Below, piece by piece: positions 56,804-64,000 of a stretch of DNA of 64,000 nucleotides. Under the pieces are notes generated by a model, which was not told where the DNA came from, searched no databases, and was given only the letters and a program-made list of their open reading frames with translations. This stretch comes from Salpingoeca rosetta. Taxonomy: Eukaryota; Protista; Choanoflagellata. Each line of letters starts with the position of its first letter. Positions within the stretch are counted from its first letter, which is position 1. The position numbers and the translations under genes were made by a program. The stretch covers positions 202,403 to 266,402 of the forward strand of contig JAWQFM010000024.1 of the NCBI GenBank assembly GCA_033442325.1. Reading direction: 5' to 3'.

Positions 56804-58323
56804 ATGGAGACGAGCCGAATCAGCAGCGCCGGCGGCAGCAGCCGTCCTCCTCAGCCGACATTTGTGCAAATCAGCCCATCGTCGCACCTGACCTTCGACG
56901 GTAAAGGAAGTAAGTTCATCAAGGGGCTCAGATCAACAGAAAGGCGAAGGATTTGTGTGCATGCATGCCTGTAATCATGGTTGCATGGTGTTTGTGAATG
57001 CGGAACAGGCTGGTTTTGTGGACATGCTGCTGAGATGAAAGTCCAAGCCTTTTGTGTGTGTGTGTGTGTGTTGTGTGTGTGTGTGTGTGTGTGCGTGTGT
57101 GTCCATGGATTTGCTTGAGGAAGACGCTTTCATCTCACCTCACACGTTTGCTTGGCTGTTGTCAATTTGCCAGAACCTGAGCGCATGGTCAAGAGCAACT
57201 TCACACTCAAGAACCTCACAGACGGCTATGTCATCTTCAAGGTCAAGACCACCCGCCCTCACTCCTACTGCGTGCGCCCAAACTCGGGCGTCCTCAAGGC
57301 CGCCGAAACCGCCCAGATTGAAGGTGCGTGCGTGTGTGTGTGCGTGTGTGTGTGTCTGTGTGTGCGTGTGCGTGTCGTGTGTGTGTGCGTGTGTCTGTGT
57401 GTGTCGTGTGTGTGTGTGTGTGTGCATGCAGCTGTAGGGGGTTTGGCCAAGCGTGACCTGACATGTACCTGTATGTGCACTCACCACAATCACTGCCATC
57501 TGATGCACCGCTGTCACCGTCTCCTCCGTGCCCACGTTGGGGCGCTGCAGTGATCATGCAGTCGTTTGAGAACCTGCCAGAGGAAGCGCCCAAACACAAA
57601 TTCCAAGTGAGCGCCTGTGTGTGTGTGTGTGTGTGTCTGTATGTCTGTCTGTATGCATGTATGTGTGTCTGCCTGTTTTCCTTCATGGATGGATTGCTTG
57701 TGGGTGCGTGCATGCATGTGCATGAATTGGCATATGTGTTCTGTTGCGGGCGTTGGCATTATGGGAAAGAGCGTTGGTGGTCCAAACTTGCATCTCATTG
57801 CCACGCTGTTCCTTCCCTGTCACCGTCACAGATCCAGGCTGCCCGTGTGGACGATGAGCCTGATGATGTGACAACCGCGGTGTGTATCTGCCTGTGTGTG
57901 ACCGTGTGCATCTCTCTCGTTGTGTGTGTGTGTGTCTGTGTCTGTGTGCATCTCTGTGTCTTTCAGTGTTCTGTGTTCTGTGTTGCGTGGTCCTGAGTGA
58001 TTGAATGTTTTTATGCCCTGCTGTATGCACCCTTGAGAGCTCACACAAATCCCTCCCTCCAAACGCCTCCCTCTCCTCCGTGTCTCCACCGGCCCGTGCA
58101 GTGGAAGCAGATTGACGGGACAAAGGCATCCGCGGTGCAGGACCGCCGCCTCAAGTGCGAATGGCGAAACGTCGTCCTCCCAGACGGTACCCACTCCCCA
58201 CACGACACACGCACACACTCACACGCACACACTCACTCAAACGATACTCACTCACACACTCACACACTCACACTCAACACCACACGTCTGGGCTCCCAAT
58301 GGGCGTGGCTGTGTGTGTGTGTG

Positions 58324-58356
<33 letters not shown>

Positions 58357-59374
58357 GCGTGCATCAGTTTCCCCTCCCAAGCCATCTCACCCCACCCCTC
58401 CCAACACACCTGCTTCCCAATACACCTGCTTCCCAACACACCTGCTTTGAATCTCAGGTCGGCTCTTCAACGAGGGTGGCCCTGCACACCCGCAGCCGCA
58501 CATCCCACGCACCCAGTCCCCAACCTCCTCCTCTTCTACACAACGCAAACAGGTGGGGTGACTAAAAATGTGTGTGTGTGTGTCTGTGTGTCTGTGTCTG
58601 CGTCTGTTTCTGTGTGTCTGTGTGTTGTGTTCTGTCCATCTGCCTGGCTGTCTGTCTGTGAGGCTTGTCTGACTGTCACTGGTGCGCTTGTTTGCGTGGT
58701 GCAACAACTGCATGATGTGATTGCGTTTTTTCCTCATACGTGCGCTGTCTTTCGTTTCTTCGCATTTGCTGTTGCCTTGCAGGCACAAGCTGACGTAAGC
58801 CATGCTGACAATGCAGCGTGTAGACACCAACACCGCAAAGGGCTTGTCCGTGCATCTACATTTACTATCGCTGTGCTCGCCTGTCAACCTGCATTTGCCA
58901 CGCATCACAGCACCTCACACACCACACCACACCACACCACACCACACACCACACCACACCACACCACACCACACCACACCACACCACACAACCATGCTGC
59001 AGGCGCCTGTTGCAACGACTGCTCGCCGCGCCGCCGCTGCCGCCAGTGAAGCGGCGGCGAAGAAGACGGACGCAGACGCAGATAAGCAGGCCGCCGACAG
59101 CAACAAGCCCACGCCATCCACCACAACCTCCTCCTCCTCCTCTACTGCCAAGCCAACGTCGACCTCTGCTACAAGCAAGCCCAAGGACACGACAACGGCT
59201 GCCGGCACGACCGTTGCCAAGAAGACGCCATCAACAACAACAACACCAGCGTCGTCGTCGTCGACATCAGGAGCCGGTGCTGACATCGCTGGGAAGAAGG
59301 GCACGATTGCGAACCTGGTGCTGCTGCTGCTTGCGTTTGTGCTCGGCGTCCTAGTTGGCCATTACGTCTTCTAG
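56804..59374 (+). CDS. VAP: VAMP-associated protein (MSP domain, S/T/A-rich linker, tail anchor)
   Basis: VIFKVKTTRPHSYCVRPNSG (VAP consensus), KHKFQ|IQ, RRLKC, C-terminal TM LVLLLLAFVLGVLVGHYVF. Confidence 0.9.
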
Positions 59375-59880
59375 TTCCCCGCGCTCTCTCTCTCGCGCCG
59401 AATTGCTTGCTTGCTTGCACTCACGCATTGCTTGTGACGCCCTTGCCTTGCATGCACGCTTCGTGGGTTGTTCTTGCTGCTGCTGTGTGTGTGTGTGTTC
59501 CTCGTGGTTGGCTGCTGTCCGTTGTATTGGTGGCTGTGTCGTTGATTGTGTGTGGTGGTGTGGTGGGTGTTGCTGGTGGTGGTGTTCTTCTCCTTTCTTC
59601 TTCTTCTTCCTTTTCCCTTTTTCCTTTTTCCTCGCACCTTGTTGCTCTTCCGTGTTGTTTGCACCGACAACAACAACAACTGAACTAGTCAGAGAGAGCA
59701 TAATCGTGTGCATGTACGCGCACGAGGTGGGTGGATGAGGCAGTGGATGGTGGTGCTGGTGTGCTGGTGTAAGGCAATGACCTTCGGCCAAGAAGCCAAG
59801 CAAGCAAAGCAAAAGAGGAGGGGGAGCACAGAAGAACAGCAACAAGAAGCAAGCCACATTGGTCAAAACCACACATTCTG

Positions 59881-60053
59881 CAACGAGATGCCAAACAATA
59901 AGAACGCCCCGTGCAGTTGCACCAAGAACCACCATTGATTGCGTCGAGGTGTGCCACTCAGTTTAAGATTTCGTCATTGCCACAACAAGAACCAGCGCGC
60001 CATATTTTTCCCCGCCACAAATCCAAAAACCGTTGCCGTTTGGCAGCAAGCGA
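59881..60053 (+). repeat. Left terminal inverted repeat
   Basis: caacgagatgcc...ggcagcaagcga; base-by-base match to the right TIR. Confidence 0.95.
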
Positions 60054-60165
60054 ACGCAAGCACAAACATGGTGTCGGGAACAACGCAGGGAAAGGAACTC
60101 GCACAACAGTGACTCGTGAACGCGCGTGTGTGCGTGCGTGTGTGCGTGTGCGTGTGCGTGTGCGT

Positions 60166-60212
<47 letters not shown>

Positions 60213-60214
<2 letters not shown>

Positions 60215-62180
60215 ATTCATCATCGGCATCATCGTCGTCTTGGTCGACGTCATTGGCAGAGTGATCCTCTTGAGCAACATCAACGTCGGTGGGGTGCCTG
60301 TTATCATCATCATCATCACCATCATCATCATCACCACCATCACCATCCATGCTGTCGGCAAGCTCTGTTGAATGAGCCTTGTTGTTTCTCAGCTGCACTG
60401 GTCGCCAGTGCTTGTCGAGAAACCCGTTGAGCTGAATGACGTGAAGCACTTCCTCCAGCATTCTCGCCTCGCTTGCCCGCTTGAGAGCAGTGCGCTGCAG
60501 ATCAGCCATTGCCCGCTTGATGATGTCGCACAGCACCTTCACACGCGTCTTCTGCACCTGCCCTCGCGGAATGTCTTTGGACTCCAGCTTGCCAATGAAG
60601 TCTGGGGTCTTGCGGAGGTGATTCGCCCTCTGCCGCAACGATCTGTTGTAGAACTCAGTCAAATTCAGCGTGGGCGATACGGGGGAAATAAACTTGACGG
60701 TCATGCTGCACCGACCGGTCGCAATCCACTCATGCCATAGGTGGAAGCTGTCGCAGGCCTGCAGCATCTGCGTGGCAGCCTCCGTCGCTCGCTTTCCGTG
60801 CTCGGGCGCGCTGTCGATGAGAAACACGATTTTTGTTCCACTGAGTTGAAGGTTTTGGCGCTTGTGCCAGAGGGTGTGGAGAAGGTTGTTGAGGAAGTCT
60901 TTGAAGTGGTCCTGCGTGTAGCTGGCCTTGAGGGCCTTCTTGGTCTTCTTCTGCCCATCTCCGCCGGTGTTTTGCATCTCTGGTGGGTAGAGCTTGCCGT
61001 AAAGAAGCCCGTGCATGTGCGAGACTGCCATGGCCACTTGTGTGCGATAGGACATGGTACTCATGGGCAGCACCTCGTGCACGGCGCGATCACCACGCGG
61101 CGCCCATCCATAGTTTCTGCCGCTCGCGAGGTAAAACGGCATCTCGTCGATGTAGACGATGTACACGTTGTCGTCCAGGAGCAGGTCGTGCAGCTCCTTC
61201 GCAAACGCCAGCCGCTTCTGCTTGTTAGCCTCGCTGTTCATTGTCGTTCGAGCTGGAACCACTCGCTTTAGGGTGAAGATGTTTCGCTTCAGCGCGCGAT
61301 ACACGCTGCGGGTGCCTTCAATGTGCGTCTTGTCATACACCTCCTTCACCGCAGGGTTCTCAAGGCACTTGTCACGGTCTAGTGGCCCAAGGAAGACCTT
61401 CTCCTCGTCCCGCAACCGTTGCTCTGCGGGCAGCTGCTCCTCCAGGCTGATCATGATTCGGCGGAGCTTTTCAAGGTTCATGTGGTCTGCAAGCTGGTCT
61501 GCGGTCATCGTGCAGTGCTCGTAGACGAGCTCCCTCAGGACTTCCTCGTCCTCAGGGAAAAGCCTCCTGGGCGTACCTGCCTTCTTCCCCCGCTGGCGCT
61601 GTGGTGCTGTGGAGCTGCTTGCTGGCGTCGCATGCGCTTCTTCCAGTCCTTGTTCTTTCCGCCTTGCGTGGTAAAGCACGGTCTTGACGGTTGCCGGAGG
61701 CATGCCAAAGAGGGCTCCAATGCGGCGAGCGTCGGCGCTGCTGCTTTCGCCAGCCTGGATGACGAGGTCCTTCTGCATCTGCGTGTAGTGGTTGCGCGGC
61801 CGCTTGCGCGGGTTGGGGTCGAAGGGGTTTGCCGTGATCCGCCTCCTGGGCTCACTGTTTTCCTTGCTTGCCGCTTGCGGCTTCCGCAGCTTGCGAAGTG
61901 GTGGCAGGAACGGCAGCCGCTGGGTCTGAGTGGTCACACTCCGCTTGCCCTCGAGCTCCTCCACAACCTCGCCAAGATCTGTCGGCTGGTCGGAGGCTGC
62001 TGTCAATGAGGGTGAGGGCGAAGCTGCGTGATCAAGGTGCACATCCGTCTCAGACACCGCGGGTTCTGTGGGCTGCATCATCCCGCCGCTGTGGTGGCCA
62101 TCATCATGCTGATCAATTGGGTCGGGTTCAGGGTCCCAGAAGTCGCTGTTCAGGTGGCTGTCAGGGGTGTTGCTGTCCAT
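60213..62180 (-). CDS. DDE transposase (IS630/Tc1-mariner superfamily), intronless, about 655 aa
   Basis: HTH (ARRIGALFGMPPATVKTVL), SVYRALKRNIFTLKR, YIDEMPF..YGWAPRG, FLIDSAPEH, FISPVSPTLNLTE. Confidence 0.9.
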
Positions 62181-62298
62181 GATGCTGTGTTGGTACACGA
62201 AGACGAAGACGAAGGCGTCAGTGTGACTGTGTGTGAGAAGGGGTTGTGGGTGGCAGTGGTGGTGGGGAAATGCACATACTATCTGGACGCTGTCTTAC

Positions 62299-62471
62299 TC
62301 GCTTGCTGCCAAACGGCAACGGTTTTTGGATTTGTGGCGGGGAAAAATATGGCGCGCTGGTTCTTGTTGTGGCAATGACGAAATCTTAAACTGAGTGGCA
62401 CACCTCGACGCAATCAATGGTGGTTCTTGGTGCAACTGCACGGGGCGTTCTTATTGTTTGGCATCTCGTTG
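62299..62471 (-). repeat. Right terminal inverted repeat
   Basis: Reverse complement of 59881-60053. Confidence 0.95.
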
Positions 62472-62711
62472 CTGCACTGCTGCGATATTGCATGTGTCAT
62501 CCAATCAGGAAACGAAATCTGACGACAGCAGCAACAGCGGCAGCAGCAGTTGGTTGCTCACTCACTCGCAGTTTCATTTCACACAAGTCCATCGCGTGCC
62601 ACGTCCACACGAACCCCTGAGACACCCCAGCCAGCCAGATACCCAGCGACTCAGCGACAACAGCCCCCTTTGTTGCCTGCGTGTCAAGCAACCAACCAGA
62701 AGAAGCCGAAG

Positions 62712-63503
62712 ATGGTGCTGGAGACCCACCACCATCATCACCAGCAGGATGTTGATGTGGAGGAGTGGCTTGGCAGCGCCGCCATTGCACGTGTTGCCGC
62801 TCTGCCCTACATCTCCCGCGCCGTTGCCGCCGCTGCGCCGTACGTCCCATCCAAGAAGGACTCGCAGCTTGTTGGCCGCTTCGAGCGCATCTGCTCTTCC
62901 CATGCCAAGCCTTTCCTCGAGCGTCACGCTGACAAGCGTACGTGAACATGTGTGTGGGGGGGGGGCGACTACCTGCGCCCACGCCTGCGCCAACGCCTGA
63001 GCATGTGTGCCGCTACGTTGTGCGCGTTGTATTCTGACCTCCACACATACACGCGCGCGCGCACACACACACACGTACACACACACACCTCCCGCCACCG
63101 CCCTTCCCCCCGTTTTGAACACGCGCAGTGAAGCAGCTTGACGAGTATGCGTGCCAGAAGCTCGACGCCATGGAGACGGCTGCCACCTCTCTTCGCCAGC
63201 GCTTCACCACTGTTCGCGACGAAGTCAACTCCAAGGCTGTCTCCGTGAGTCGCTCAATCAAGCACAGCGCACAGCACCACGACGACATGCCACTGTGCAT
63301 GGCCTTTGTGTCTACACCTTGCATTCTATTGGTCGATTGCGCCTTTCAGTGGCCATGCCGCCTTCAACACACACACTCACATCCACTTGCTCACACCCAC
63401 TCACACACACACACACACTCTCTCTCTCACGCACACACACACTCACTCACTCACTCACACGCACGCACTCTCACACGCACTCACGCACTCACGCACTCAC
63501 GCA

Positions 63504-63561
<58 letters not shown>

Positions 63562-64000
63562 CACACGCACTCACGCACACATGGCAGGTTGAGCGCGTGC
63601 TGCTTGCTCCGACGCAGATGATCCTGGACCGTGCCGATGCCTTCCTCGAGGCCATGCAGACTGACGTCGACTTTGACAACGAACAAGACAACGACAACGA
63701 CGAGGATGATGCCGAGACCCCTGCCACCACTGCTGCCACTGGCACTACGACTACCACGTCCACACTGCCGACGAAGCCTTCGACCCGTCTGGGCTCTGAG
63801 ACGCGTGAGATTGCCCACCGCACACGCGACCTCTCCCACCGTGTTCAGCTCCTCGCCTATGCCCGTGCACTTCGCCAACTCCGCAACGCCCAGCGACGCG
63901 GCGTCGCCCTCATCCACACCGTCGAACCATACTCCAAGCCAATCGTGCGTTTGGCCATGTGTGTGTCTGTTTCTGTGTCTGTGTGTGTGTGTGTGTGTCT
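62712..64000 (+). CDS. Perilipin (PAT-domain)-like protein, 5' part; continues beyond the window
   Basis: SAAIARVAALPYIS and AKPFLERHADK|LKQLDEYACQKLDAME resemble PAT motifs (RV.SLPLV; NEYACKGLDKLE). Exons about 62712-62937, 63129-63244 and 63618-63944. Confidence 0.65.

Larger units (their letters stand above)
59881..62471 (-). mobile_element. Intact IS630/Tc1-like DNA transposon, 2591 bp, 173-bp perfect TIRs, 3-bp CTG target duplication
   Basis: 59881-60053 is the exact reverse complement of 62299-62471. CTG occurs at 59878-59880 and 62472-62474. Contains a single transposase ORF. Confidence 0.92.

Noticed and set aside
59881-62471. Possible Fanzor/TnpB or other cargo in the transposon
   Set aside because: One ORF fills the element and has only HTH and DDE motifs; no RuvC or zinc-finger motifs and no room for a second gene.

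Overview
Eukaryotic, intron-rich, GC-rich DNA in which most introns carry (CA)n/(GT)n microsatellites. This style is typical of the choanoflagellate Salpingoeca rosetta (inference, not verified). Most ORFs in the track are microsatellite artefacts, so genes were rebuilt exon by exon from GT-AG boundaries and motifs. In order: tRNA-Glu(TTC) plus a truncated duplicate; SEL1L/Hrd3, interrupted by an antisense DNA polymerase epsilon fragment and an assembly gap; fucose mutarotase; LRR receptor-like TKL kinase; MAP2K; intronless ZIP-like membrane protein; TYW4-Kelch-TYW5(JmjC) fusion; GH78 alpha-L-rhamnosidase with inserted SUEL lectin domains; DUF2103-like protein; CDK10; cathepsin L-like protein whose catalytic Cys is replaced by Pro; EFCAB11-like; TCAF/M60-like metallopeptidase; HAD hydrolase with a highly base-paired intron; Snf7/CHMP4; VAP; an intact 2.6-kb IS630/Tc1-like DNA transposon (perfect 173-bp TIRs, CTG target duplication, DD52E); and the 5' part of a perilipin-like gene. 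Top leads: the atypical transposon, the structured RNA in the HAD intron and the pseudo-cathepsin.
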